A DNA stretch of 48,767 bases from an uncultured archaeon (GCA_964388035.1 CAYLZE010000002.1:98141-146907), one strand, 5' to 3'; positions 19,712 through 30,288 are shown, numbered from the stretch's first letter. The notes: generated by a model from the sequence alone, not told the origin. Numbers and translations are program-made.

Positions 19712-20797
19712 TTAATCCATGGGAACTTCGTTTGGTCCTTCTCTTGGAAGGCGTTCTTCTCTGGATAGTAGAACTGGAAATTTTGAATGAGGTTCTGATT
19801 GATACCAATAAGCCGTCGAAGAATAATCGTCAGATCGCATATTGGCATGACCATGCTCGATTTTAACTTTAATGTTTTTATGAAAATATACAGGATCTTC
19901 AATGTGATATCGGTAATATGAGATTCTACCCGTGTATTGCTTCCCACCTGGGAGAGTAATTCCAAAGTAGGGGGAACAATAATATTCTTTAGGGCTCCAT
20001 GACGTGCAAAAGTAGTCCTCGGTTCCAGTTCCATAGAGTATTCTCTCTCCGTCATCAATTTCAATGTAATCATCTCCTTCTCCGGGCCAGTTATGAAAGT
20101 TTGGATCTGTCGGTAAATAAAGATTATGGATGTTTAAATGGCATCCTACGTAATGCCCCTCCCCCTTAGCCTCGAGAATCACGTAATCTTCTTCATGGGT
20201 GGGATTTTTTTTCCAAAATTTATCAATAATGTTACCCTTGATTTTTTCATAATTCGTTCCCTTACACGGATTCTCACGGCGCCATTGCACGTGAAATCGT
20301 CCATAGGAAGAATCTAATGATTCGTATTCCTCATAATCGATGTAAAAATAGCAAATAAAATTGTTATTTGTCTCGTTATGAACCTCAATTCGCGCGCTGC
20401 TTGAAAAAGGCATGGGAAACCAGCAATTAAAGCCCTTACCTTCTTGTGGCCCCATGGAAAGAGGCAAGCTCCAATAATTTACTGTTTTTGAATGACCCAT
20501 TCCGAAGAAATCGCCAATGGGACATTCCACGGAAGGATTTTCCTCGCCATCCCACCACATGCGAATGACCGCTTCCCTTAAATAATAGGGTTCCTCGGAT
20601 GCTAGCGTCATCCAAATGTGTTTTATGCATCCTGCTCCTTTAATATTACATACTTCGTATTTATCACCGGGGCTCATCGTTACTAAATCAATATTAGCCC
20701 CTGTTTTATCATAGCTCGAAATTCTATTTCTTTTTACATTTTTTCTAATCTTGGCTAGATTAGATAAAGAATGATATCCCATTTCCATTTTATTCAA
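19712..20797 (-). CDS. GH172 / DUF2961 glycoside hydrolase
   Basis: SSYDKTGAN.D, PSVECPIGDFFG, PMPF, WPGEGD, GTGTEDYF, EHGHAN and SSTAYWYQ motifs. Confidence 0.93.
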   Translation of the reverse strand: MNKMEMGYHSLSNLAKIRKNVKRNRISSYDKTGANIDLVTMSPGDKYEVCNIKGAGCIKHIWMTLASEEPYYLREAVIRMWWDGEENPSVECPIGDFFGMGHSKTVNYWSLPLSMGPQEGKGFNCWFPMPFSSSARIEVHNETNNNFICYFYIDYEEYESLDSSYGRFHVQWRRENPCKGTNYEKIKGNIIDKFWKKNPTHEEDYVILEAKGEGHYVGCHLNIHNLYLPTDPNFHNWPGEGDDYIEIDDGERILYGTGTEDYFCTSWSPKEYYCSPYFGITLPGGKQYTGRISYYRYHIEDPVYFHKNIKVKIEHGHANMRSDDYSSTAYWYQSEPHSKFPVLLSREERLPREGPNEVPMD

Positions 20798-20949
20798 CTC
20801 AAAAAGATATGAAGAATATAATTAATTGAGAAATAAAAACTAGAAAGTTTATCTATTTTTTCAAATTAAATTCTACTATTTCTTTAGGGATGGTTTTTTG
20901 AAAGAAAAAGAAACTTGATTACTTATTACTCTTCCTAACTTTCTCTTAT

Positions 20950-21303
20950 TTAAAGGGGTCTTCTCTCATATATTTTTTTAATGGGGAATATGATATGCCA
21001 AATAAAATAAGGATATTCTTGATTTTTGCTACTCCTTACCGATTTGGAATGCGGGGTGTATTCCTTACGAAAATTATTGAGAAATTCTATATACTTTTCC
21101 TTAAAAATTTCAAATTCATCATTGGTAAGGCTCCACACGGAAAGCCTGCAAACATTTTGAAGGGAAAAAACACGTTCTAAAGTTTCATAATCTTGAGGAG
21201 GAAATTCTATAACTTTTTTTCCAAATTCATCATAATAGCGCGTTATATCACCCAAGATGTCTTTGAGGGTTTCCAACAACAATCTATCGTTTTCAAAATC
21301 CAT
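20950..21303 (-). CDS. Hypothetical protein, possibly the orphaned C-terminal part of a larger (regulator-like) protein
   Basis: 117-aa ORF with protein-like composition; its 5' end abuts or overlaps the CocE fragment, leaving no promoter space. Confidence 0.45.
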   Translation of the reverse strand: MDFENDRLLLETLKDILGDITRYYDEFGKKVIEFPPQDYETLERVFSLQNVCRLSVWSLTNDEFEIFKEKYIEFLNNFRKEYTPHSKSVRSSKNQEYPYFIWHIIFPIKKIYERRPL

Positions 21304-21892
21304 GCCTCAAGAAGAAGATCTCGATCAATATAAAGTCAACTTTAAAGCTACCACGGGAAAGCATAACCGATGGTATACCGAGATGGGGGGTGGTCCCGTA
21401 TGGTATAAGAATCGAGCAAAGCGAGATAAGCTCTTATTGGTGTATGATAGCGAGCTTCTTGTTAATGAAATTGAAATCACGGGATATCCCCTTATCACTT
21501 TATACATGAGCTCTACTCATGAAGATGGAGCTATTTTTGCATACATGGAAGATGTGGACAAAATAGGAAATGTCGTTCACGTTACAGAAGGTGAATTAAG
21601 ATTAATCCACAGGAAAATATCCAAGGAAACACCCATATATAAAAGTATCATGCCCTATCATTCATTCATGAGAAAGGACAGTTCTCCAATGATTCCGGGA
21701 GAAGTAGCAGAAGTGACGTTTGGGTTAATTCCTACCTCTATTGTTATTAAAAAAGGACATAAGATCCGAATAGCAATTGCAGGGGCGGATAAGGATACGT
21801 TTGGACGCTGTCCAATGGAGGAAAATCCCACGCTTTCAATATATCGTACTAAAAAATATCCCTCTTTCATTGAGATACCGATAATCCCCTAA
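21302..21892 (+). pseudogene. C-terminal non-catalytic domain of a CocE/NonD (PepX_C) hydrolase; catalytic domain missing
   Basis: DQYKV.F.ATTG..NRW, LLVYDS..L...EITGYP, DGAIFAY.EDV, VTEGELR and GHKIRIAIAGAD motifs; no GxSY hydrolase domain. Confidence 0.8.
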
Positions 21893-21975
21893 CTACTTTC
21901 TTTCTAATTATATTACTTTTTTCCTTATTTATTAATATTAGATTTTAAGAAAAAAAGAAATCAATATCGGATTGA

Positions 21976-24900
21976 TTAAACTACAAGTACCTTAGCAAAG
22001 AATTCAAGGTTGGTGTAATATTTCGAGATGTTGCGTTTCTTCATTTCATTTTTAACATCAGAAAACCAGAAGGAAAGGTCATCTAACTCCTTTTCAGTTC
22101 TCTGGATTTTTTTTTCTAAAAATGTGATTTGTTCATATAATTTTTCGATATTTTTTTTTCTTTCTTCTTTTTTCTTTACATCCTTTAATTCTCTAATATT
22201 CTGTAATTGGCGTTCCGTGGGTTTTTGATTGCTTTTTCGCTCAAATTTGCTTTTCAATGTTTCTATTCTATGTTGCAAGACACTCTTTTTATGATGATAT
22301 ATTTTTTCTTTTTTGATTTTCTCTTGATTAAAGATTTTGTTATTCAATTTTATAACATCTTTTTTCCAGGTATTAGTTTTCGATTTGATGTGTTCCTTAG
22401 CTTGTTTTTTCAAGGTTTGGATTGAAGTCCAATCGAAGGTAAAATCTTCTTTAGTAACCTGGGAGAATAAAAAGAGACGCTTATAATTTTCGATTAAAAG
22501 GAGATAATCGGTGATATCAGATAACTCCATTCCTCTCTCGTCCAAGACAATGGGGACAAGTTGTTTTTCTACGATATATCCTTGAAATTTCACGCTAAAA
22601 ACAAATAAATAGAACTCTCTTGACTGAGCGATTTGTTCTATGATCTTCGAAGGAAGAGCAGTTTTTATAATCTTAAGAATCGTGAATTTACCTTCAAATG
22701 CGTTGCTCATGCAAAAATCGAGCATATCATTTATTAATGGATGTCCCAAAGCGAAAAAGTCGATATCCTCCCGGTTTTTGGCTAGTTCCAATCCAAAAGT
22801 TCCTTTATATTGTTCCGATAACTTATAATTAGGGATCTGCAATAAGTAGGGATTCAACCCGATATAAATTATCGAATTAACGTGTGGCTCTTTTGCCTCC
22901 TTGTTGATTATCTCGCTTGTAAAATTGCCGAATTTTCCTTCATCCAATTCAAAAAAATAATTAATTAAAAGAAATAATTCATTGTGAGACAATTTAACTT
23001 CATCACAATACGCAATAGAAGTTATTAAATCATCCATTTTAAATGATTTTTTATCTATGAGCAAATCATCCAGCTGCATTTCAATTTCTCTGGCCTTTTG
23101 CAATTGCTCATCCAAGTCTTGGGTGAATCGCTTGAGCTTTTTTGGCTTTTCCATTGTTTCTGAAAAGACGAGATCTTTAAAATCCTTTTCAATCTTTCCT
23201 AGAATGGGCTCTAAAACTCCGATTGATTCTTCAAACAAATTAATGCGCTTATTTAATGCAAAAATGATGTCTGCTTCAATAGTACCCTCTAAGAAGAAAT
23301 TATAAATGTAAATTTCGCCTGCTTGTTGGCCAATTCGATCTAATCTGCCAATTCTTTGTTCTAATTTCATGGGATTCCATGGTAGGTCGAAATTGATTAA
23401 AATTCGACAAAATTGGAAATTTCTTCCTTCTCCTCCGATCTCCGTAGAAAGTAATATGGAGAATTTCTTGCTTTCTTTGAACTTCTCCACGGATTCACTT
23501 TTTTCTTGTTTATTTAATCCCCCATAGAAGACTTCTACGAAATAGTCCTCCTCTTGTTCTTCAATCAATTTTTTTAGATAAAATAAGGTATCAACGAATT
23601 GAGTGAACACCAGGACTTTTTCATGGGCATTATTTTTATATAATTGGCTCAATAGTTCTATAATTGTATCGGACTTGGAATCATAGGGAATTGAAGATAA
23701 TTTATCATGAAATTCCATGAGGATCTTTTCTTGATTAAAAAAATCTATGCCCTGTCCCGACTTCTTTGTAGTAGTTAATAAGGAGATCAGACCTCTTTCC
23801 GTATCGATATCCTCAGCTTCCAGTTCAACTTCATAATATTCAGGATCTTCCGTTTTAATAGTTTCTATTTCTTTCGCAAGATTTTTTAGGCCGTTAATAT
23901 GTTCTAACCGGCGTTCTAGGCTCTTCAAAAATGCATATTTGGAACTGGTTAATAATTTCTGGAGAGTACTGATAACAAATCCGAGACCAACATTTTGTTT
24001 ACTGATGGAGGCATTATAGATCTTAGCCAGATAAAGACGGATTTCGTTATAAATAGTTAATTCTTGTTCGGTCGGATATACCATAATGGTTTTAACAACC
24101 CTTTTATTGAGTATATCCTTGGTAAACACGTTTTTCTTTCTATTACGAATTAAAAACTTTGAAAGAGTATGGTCTTGTTCGATACTTTTGATGAGAGATT
24201 GCTTGAAATCGGGATTTTCTATTTCGCTTAATATCCGCTCTTTATTCTTGTTATTGGAGATATATTTTAAATCTTTTAACAATTTCAATGTATTTTTAAT
24301 TTCAAAAGTATTAAGTTGGTCAATGTTATTCAGATTCGATACTAAAAGATTAATGAACGGCATGTTTTTCCTAAAATGCTCGAAATCGCCAAAATTTTCA
24401 AATGCTTCGGGTTGAACCAATTCTATTAAGGAAAATAATTCAAAAGAATGCATTTGTAAGGGGGTTGCTGTTAGTAATAGTAAGCTTTCACAATTTTGGC
24501 TTACATTTTTCGCTAAACGGTAGTTTAAGGTTTCTCGAAAATTACCCGTACTGGCATTCGTAAGATAACGCCTTAAATGATGGGCTTCATCGAAAATGAC
24601 AATATCCCATGAAATCTGGGAAATAAAATCCGCATATTTTGGGTTTCTCGCGAATTGTAAGGAACAAATTATTAAATTATCATAATAAAAGGGATTCTGA
24701 AGTAATTCAGGATTTTTGATATTCCCTTTTTTATTGAGCTTTTTAATTTTCTTGCCATCATAAATTTTGAACTTGATGTTAAATTTATTGTCCAATTCAA
24801 ATTGCCATTGTTTTACAAGAGTGGCGGGAACAATTACTAGAATCCTCTCTGCAAGATTTCTCGCCATCATTTCTTTTAAATAAATTCCCGCTTCAATCGT

Positions 24901-25575
24901 TTTTCCTAAACCCACTTCATCCGCAAGAATCACTTTAGCGAAAAGCTCCTCCGAAAGGCGATGAGCAACATTGATCTGGTGAGACATTAATGTTAATCGT
25001 GAATTAGTAATGCATTTAATTTGATAGGACGTATAATATGATTGAAATAGACTTGCCCAGTACTTAATGAGAAACTGCTGGGGGGGAGCAATTCTTTTTT
25101 GATTTATTAGTTCCTTGAACGTGGGTTCGAATTCTGAATAGATTTCCGTCTCTTGTACTTGTTCGATATTCCCGTTGGGAAATAATATCTCGTATGATAA
25201 ATTGCCTTTCTGAATAAGAATCTCATTGGAATTTACTACACCCACGCCATTCTTTGTCACTACCTGCTCGTTCAATTCGTAGACTTGATGAATCAAATCA
25301 ACGGGATGAATAATCTTATTTAAGTTGTTAGGAAATAAAACTTTATAATTGGCGAGAAGTAGAGTATCCTCTCCATCTAATTTTTTAGAATAGGGAATCT
25401 CGAGCTTTTTGATGATCTTTCCAATTCCTAATTTAGGATTTAAACGATATATCACCTTATTTCCCACATTAAACTCTTGTCCGCCACAATATTGATTAAA
25501 ACATTTGGAAAACTTGGTGGAAAGCTTATTTTTACAAAAGGGACAAAGATAATAATTCTCGACTTGTTGTTCCAT
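21976..25575 (-). CDS. RapA/HepA-like SNF2 ATPase with N-terminal Zn ribbon and C-terminal coiled coil
   Basis: ILADEVGLGKTIEAG, DEAHH, LTATP, GEGRNFQF and EQRIGRLDRIGQ motifs; RapA-like GTF...AKNREDIDFFALGHPL; N-terminal CPFC...C....C. Confidence 0.88.
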   Translation of the reverse strand: MEQQVENYYLCPFCKNKLSTKFSKCFNQYCGGQEFNVGNKVIYRLNPKLGIGKIIKKLEIPYSKKLDGEDTLLLANYKVLFPNNLNKIIHPVDLIHQVYELNEQVVTKNGVGVVNSNEILIQKGNLSYEILFPNGNIEQVQETEIYSEFEPTFKELINQKRIAPPQQFLIKYWASLFQSYYTSYQIKCITNSRLTLMSHQINVAHRLSEELFAKVILADEVGLGKTIEAGIYLKEMMARNLAERILVIVPATLVKQWQFELDNKFNIKFKIYDGKKIKKLNKKGNIKNPELLQNPFYYDNLIICSLQFARNPKYADFISQISWDIVIFDEAHHLRRYLTNASTGNFRETLNYRLAKNVSQNCESLLLLTATPLQMHSFELFSLIELVQPEAFENFGDFEHFRKNMPFINLLVSNLNNIDQLNTFEIKNTLKLLKDLKYISNNKNKERILSEIENPDFKQSLIKSIEQDHTLSKFLIRNRKKNVFTKDILNKRVVKTIMVYPTEQELTIYNEIRLYLAKIYNASISKQNVGLGFVISTLQKLLTSSKYAFLKSLERRLEHINGLKNLAKEIETIKTEDPEYYEVELEAEDIDTERGLISLLTTTKKSGQGIDFFNQEKILMEFHDKLSSIPYDSKSDTIIELLSQLYKNNAHEKVLVFTQFVDTLFYLKKLIEEQEEDYFVEVFYGGLNKQEKSESVEKFKESKKFSILLSTEIGGEGRNFQFCRILINFDLPWNPMKLEQRIGRLDRIGQQAGEIYIYNFFLEGTIEADIIFALNKRINLFEESIGVLEPILGKIEKDFKDLVFSETMEKPKKLKRFTQDLDEQLQKAREIEMQLDDLLIDKKSFKMDDLITSIAYCDEVKLSHNELFLLINYFFELDEGKFGNFTSEIINKEAKEPHVNSIIYIGLNPYLLQIPNYKLSEQYKGTFGLELAKNREDIDFFALGHPLINDMLDFCMSNAFEGKFTILKIIKTALPSKIIEQIAQSREFYLFVFSVKFQGYIVEKQLVPIVLDERGMELSDITDYLLLIENYKRLFLFSQVTKEDFTFDWTSIQTLKKQAKEHIKSKTNTWKKDVIKLNNKIFNQEKIKKEKIYHHKKSVLQHRIETLKSKFERKSNQKPTERQLQNIRELKDVKKKEERKKNIEKLYEQITFLEKKIQRTEKELDDLSFWFSDVKNEMKKRNISKYYTNLEFFAKVLVV

Positions 25576-25906
25576 TCCTATTCTTAATTTTTAATATAAA
25601 TTCTGCTTTTATTTCACATTCTGATAAACTAAGCTTGCTTTTTAAGAGAAGTTTTATTTCAATTGAAAAGCAAAATGCTCATTGCATAAAAAAAATGCAA
25701 CCAAGAATAGAAATTTTATTAGAATAATGTATAATATAAAGCTCTAACATCCTATTGTCATGATGGTATTAATTTAGAAAGCTTTATAATTTAACTCATA
25801 TTTCTTTTTAAGCAGGTCATTATCAAAAGTTAATTATAACTTTTTTATTTATTCAAATATAATCTTTAGTTATTAGTTAACATGATATTTTATCGATTGA
25901 TGGAGA

Positions 25907-26779
25907 ATGACTGAAATAGATATCGAACCGACTTATATCGGTAAAAATGCGGGATTGGTTTTTAAAGTTCCCAAAGAATTATTTAGCATGAGTATGGGAC
26001 CAGCAGAAAAAGTAGATCGGAAAGTCGCCAAAGAATTTAGCAAGTATTTGAGAGGAACATTTAAGGGATTTCAAGATGCGCGCAAAACTAAATATGGCAA
26101 TGAAAATAATAGTAAAACGGAAACACTTCCCGAATTCTGGAATGAATTTGAAGAAAAAGCAAGAGAAATGGATATTGATTTGATTGGATATACTCCCGTT
26201 CTTGAGAATTTCATTTTCAAGGATTTAAAAGTATATGGGCGCAATGCAATTGTTTTAGGAATGGAAATGAAATGGGATAAAATTAAAATGGCTCCCAGTG
26301 CAATTTGTGAAATGGAGTGTTTTAGAGTCTATAAAATACTTGGAGATGCCACCATTGAGCTTACAAATTATCTAAAAGAACAAGGATATAAATCCGAAGC
26401 TCACCATCCATTTGGCGGAAAAATGCTCTTTCCACCTCATGCCGTGGCTGCAAATTTAGGAATTAAAGGTCAAAATGGATTAATTGTAACTCCAGAATTT
26501 GGACCCCGACAGCGGTGGAGCATGATCTCAACCGATGCTGAGATTCCCACGATAACTAAAAAGGATTTTAGCGACATAGAAAATTTCTGTAAGAATTGTG
26601 GAGTGTGTATTAGAAATTGTAAGGGAAAAGCAGCTTATGAAAATGCTATCGAAAAGGTTAGCGGTTCGGGAATCATAACCCATATTGAACGCTCGAAATG
26701 CATTCAGAGTCTTTTAACTAATAATTATTGTTCTGTTTGTTTAAAAATGTGCCCCAAATCAAAACCATCAAGCCAATAA
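25907..26779 (+). CDS. Short reductive-dehalogenase/QueG-like cobalamin + 4Fe-4S protein
   Basis: AIVLGMEM, A.LG..GQNGLIVTPEFGPRQR, FCKNCGVCIRNC and C...CSVCLKMCP motifs; no Tat signal. Confidence 0.8.
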   Translation: MTEIDIEPTYIGKNAGLVFKVPKELFSMSMGPAEKVDRKVAKEFSKYLRGTFKGFQDARKTKYGNENNSKTETLPEFWNEFEEKAREMDIDLIGYTPVLENFIFKDLKVYGRNAIVLGMEMKWDKIKMAPSAICEMECFRVYKILGDATIELTNYLKEQGYKSEAHHPFGGKMLFPPHAVAANLGIKGQNGLIVTPEFGPRQRWSMISTDAEIPTITKKDFSDIENFCKNCGVCIRNCKGKAAYENAIEKVSGSGIITHIERSKCIQSLLTNNYCSVCLKMCPKSKPSSQ

Positions 26780-26837
26780 AGTTAGTCTTCCTGTCATCTC
26801 TTAGTATCTCATAAATAATACAATTATAAAAACTAAA

Positions 26838-27599
26838 ATGTTAAAAGGGATTTTCTTTGATCTTTATGGCACTCTTTTAGTATATCAAAACATTGATTTA
26901 GCTTGGAAAGATTGGCTAACTACATTCTATAATTCAGCTTGTAGTTATGGTTTAAAAATAAATAAATCCTCATTTAAAAAAGAATGTAATGGATTTTTTA
27001 GTAAGCCAGCCCCATTGAGTATTGAGGAAGATTTTTCTACTTTTGAGCAGAGAGTGGCAAACCAGTGTGAGGATCTGGGATTAATTTTGGCTAATTCAGA
27101 AATAAAAAATATTGCCACTGCTTGCGTTACTTCCTGGCAAAAGTACGTGAAATTGGACCCTTTTGCTATTGAAATTTTAAAAATATTAAAAAAAAGGCAT
27201 GCTCTTGCTTTAATCACCAATTTTGATCATCCTCCACACATTTACTCACTTCTTTCACAAGAAAAAATTCTTCAGTATTTTGATTCAATTGTAATTTCTG
27301 CTGAAGTTGGAATCAGAAAACCCAATCCTCTGATTTTTGATTATGCCCTCGAGGATACTAGTTTAAATTTAAATGAAATAATCTTTATTGGAGATTCTTA
27401 TGATGATTTTTGGGCTGCGCGTAATGCTGGGATTCCTTTTATATTAATACAAAGAGACAACTCAGAAGATCAACTTATAACAGATTATTATGCAGACTCC
27501 TCTGGAAAAATAAATGAAGCAGTCAGAGAAAATGTAAGAAAAATTCCCAGCTTAAACCAATTGATTGCAAGTCTTAATGAATTCGAAAATAATATTTAA
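26838..27599 (+). CDS. HAD-superfamily hydrolase (subfamily IA)
   Basis: FDLYGTL, ITN, RKPNP.IF and IGDSYDD motifs. Confidence 0.92.
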   Translation: MLKGIFFDLYGTLLVYQNIDLAWKDWLTTFYNSACSYGLKINKSSFKKECNGFFSKPAPLSIEEDFSTFEQRVANQCEDLGLILANSEIKNIATACVTSWQKYVKLDPFAIEILKILKKRHALALITNFDHPPHIYSLLSQEKILQYFDSIVISAEVGIRKPNPLIFDYALEDTSLNLNEIIFIGDSYDDFWAARNAGIPFILIQRDNSEDQLITDYYADSSGKINEAVRENVRKIPSLNQLIASLNEFENNI

Positions 27600-27630
27600 T
27601 TAATTTAATTCTATTAATAGGAAAAGTAAT

Positions 27631-29160
27631 ATGAAAGAAAAGATGAATATTTTATTCATAATAACTGATCAACAGCGTGCTGATCACCTCGGATGTGCTG
27701 GTAATCCTGATATAAAAACTCCACACATCGATCAATTAGCGGCGGAAGGAGTGAGGTTTAATAATGCATATTGTGCAAATCCAATGTGCATGCCTAATCG
27801 CTCAACAATTTTCACGGGAAAATATCCCAGCCTCCATGGCGTGAGATGTAATGGAATTAATTTAAATCCCTCAATTCCAACTTTTCCTGATGCATTAAGA
27901 AAGGCAGGGTATCTGACAAGTTCTTTTGGGAAAATACATCTTAATTGGTATGGAACCCCTTGGAATCGGAAAAATTATTCCCATGAACAGATGATTCCTT
28001 TTATTTATACTCCTAAGGATAAACGAATACCCATTCCAAAACCTTATTATGGACTCGGCGAGGTAGAGCTAACAGTCGGACACGGGGATGCAGTGGCAGG
28101 ACATTATTTGGATTGGATTGAAGAAAACGCTCCAGAATATTTAGATCTCATAAAATCTCGGGCATTAAAATTATTTGATCGAATCTTGGACGAGTCTCCG
28201 ATCCCGAGTAATATTTACTCAACACAATACATTACGGAGAGAACAATTAACTTTTTGGAGAATCATGCCGAAGGAAAACATGGAGATCACCCCTTTTTTA
28301 TCCATTGTTCCTTCCCAGATCCACACCATCCTACTTGTCCACCAGAAGAGTATCGAAACTTGTATGATCCCGACAAGATTGAAATATCTCCAACATTAAA
28401 CGACATTCAATCCTTGCACGATCATGAGGTTTTAAAACATCATGTAAACGTGTATCGAAGAAGCAGATTACGGGAAACTACCGAAGAAGAATTACGCACC
28501 TTTCATGCGTATACCTATGGTACCATTTCTTTAATCGATAAAGGAGTGGGGGATATTCTTTCAGCTTTAAATACTTTAGGATTAAAAAAGAATACAATAG
28601 TTATTTTTACAAGTGATCATGCCGACTTAATGGGAGATCATGGGCTTGTCCTTAAAGGACCTGCACATTTTCAAGGGTTAATCAAGGTTCCAATGATATG
28701 GAAAGTTCCTGGAATGACCCCAAAAGGAAGCATTTGCGAATCTTTAATTAGTTCAATTGATATCCCCTCAACAATCTTAAATTTAGTGGATATAAAAGAA
28801 AAATATAAACCTTCTGGGATGCAAGGATATGATATTTCTCCGATTTTAGAAAATACGGATGTTCAATTAAGAGAAAATTGTATAATTGAAGAAGATGAGG
28901 ATGCGCACAAATCTGCAACTCAAATACTTCATAAAGATATCCGGGTTCGAACAATGATGACTAAAAAATATAGGGTTACTTTATACGAAGGGTTCCCTAA
29001 TACGGGAGATTTATATGACATTCAAAATGATCCTCTTGAAAAAGTTAATTTATGGAACGATTTAAATTATAAGCAAATCAGAAATGAATTGGTTAATAAA
29101 ATGTTCCACGAAATATTAAATCTTCAAGATCGATATCCCAAAAAACAAGCCCAAGCATAA
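27631..29160 (+). CDS. Formylglycine-dependent sulfatase
   Basis: NILFIITDQQR, CMPNR, GKIH, DPHHP and TSDHAD motifs. Confidence 0.93.
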   Translation: MKEKMNILFIITDQQRADHLGCAGNPDIKTPHIDQLAAEGVRFNNAYCANPMCMPNRSTIFTGKYPSLHGVRCNGINLNPSIPTFPDALRKAGYLTSSFGKIHLNWYGTPWNRKNYSHEQMIPFIYTPKDKRIPIPKPYYGLGEVELTVGHGDAVAGHYLDWIEENAPEYLDLIKSRALKLFDRILDESPIPSNIYSTQYITERTINFLENHAEGKHGDHPFFIHCSFPDPHHPTCPPEEYRNLYDPDKIEISPTLNDIQSLHDHEVLKHHVNVYRRSRLRETTEEELRTFHAYTYGTISLIDKGVGDILSALNTLGLKKNTIVIFTSDHADLMGDHGLVLKGPAHFQGLIKVPMIWKVPGMTPKGSICESLISSIDIPSTILNLVDIKEKYKPSGMQGYDISPILENTDVQLRENCIIEEDEDAHKSATQILHKDIRVRTMMTKKYRVTLYEGFPNTGDLYDIQNDPLEKVNLWNDLNYKQIRNELVNKMFHEILNLQDRYPKKQAQA

Positions 29161-29439
29161 ATCTGGATAAAATAATATAAAGCAATAAATCTATTTTCAG
29201 AACATGTTAAATTATATTCAAAATTTTCTTTTCATTTTTGATTCTTGAGATTTAAAATATTTTTACAAGAAAATTTGATTACTTAGGAAAAAAAAGCGTT
29301 ATAATGAATAAGAATATTTAATTTCTCAAGCATTTTTGAATTCAAACTTATTAATAATGGGCATGATAAGTATAAAGAATTAAATTACTTTATATATCTA
29401 AATATCTATTATATATTTGATTATTGGTGAGCCATATAA

Positions 29440-30288
29440 ATGCAAGATGAATCAGATTCTCAGGATAAAATTACAATAGAAAGGAAACCCTTTGTCAGTA
29501 CTCGACATCGGGATGCGGAACCCGATACTTTCGATCCAAACGTACCTAGATTAGGAAGGAGGGAAAGTGAACCGCACTCTGCAGAAATAACTTATTTACA
29601 CGATGTATTAACCACCAATTTTCCCGATGATCGAACCATGTGGGATTTGCATCATTACTTTGAAAAAGAAAGAATGAAAATTGATGTTCAATTTGACATA
29701 TCCTATTTTAAAGGGTTGAAAATACCTTATACTTTATCTTCATATCATGCTGATCAATTTAATAACAAGGTGCCTACCATGGTGATTAATATTCTCTCAA
29801 AAAGTACGTGGAGATCTGATATTGCAGAAAAGATTGACTTTTGCAGATTTTTGGCGATACCTTTATATGTTATTTTCCCTTCATTTCATGTATCGATTGA
29901 TATCTATAAACCTCCCTTTTTCCGTGCTTATATTTTACAATCAGATGGAGCTTACAAGATTCAGGAAGTTCGTAAAGTAGCCATTAACATAGAAGGAGTA
30001 TGGGATTTAGATGCGGCAATCGACGTGTCTGACATCGTTCCTTTTCGATTGGGGTTAAAGGAACGAGATGTCAAACACCAAAAAGAAGAACCTTTATATA
30101 GATTGGTATTAATCGCTCCCAAAAAAAACCAGATCTTATTAACTGAGATTGAGGAAAAGGAGCAATTAATTAGGGAACAATCCCAAAAAATCATGGAACA
30201 ATCCCAAAAAATCACGGAACAATCCCAAAAAATTGATAAACTTGAAGCTGAAAACTTAAAACTGAAAAATCGCCTTGAAGAAAAATAA
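29440..30288 (+). CDS. Uma2-like PD-(D/E)XK nuclease-fold protein with C-terminal coiled coil
   Basis: ESEPH, QFDISYF and P.MVINILSKST...D..EK pattern, followed by a heptad tail. Confidence 0.65.
   Translation: MQDESDSQDKITIERKPFVSTRHRDAEPDTFDPNVPRLGRRESEPHSAEITYLHDVLTTNFPDDRTMWDLHHYFEKERMKIDVQFDISYFKGLKIPYTLSSYHADQFNNKVPTMVINILSKSTWRSDIAEKIDFCRFLAIPLYVIFPSFHVSIDIYKPPFFRAYILQSDGAYKIQEVRKVAINIEGVWDLDAAIDVSDIVPFRLGLKERDVKHQKEEPLYRLVLIAPKKNQILLTEIEEKEQLIREQSQKIMEQSQKITEQSQKIDKLEAENLKLKNRLEEK
30174..30233 (+). repeat. About 3 x 21-bp intragenic tandem repeat GGAACAATCCCAAAAAATCA(T/C), encoding EQSQKI(M/T/D)
   Basis: Read directly from the sequence. Confidence 0.92.

Noticed and set aside
21976-25575. 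DISARM/BREX-type defence island around the SNF2 helicase
   Set aside because: There is no adjacent DNA methylase, DUF1998, PLD or Pgl gene; the neighbours are metabolic.
30174-30233. CRISPR-like short repeats
   Set aside because: These are tandem in-frame coding repeats without spacers.
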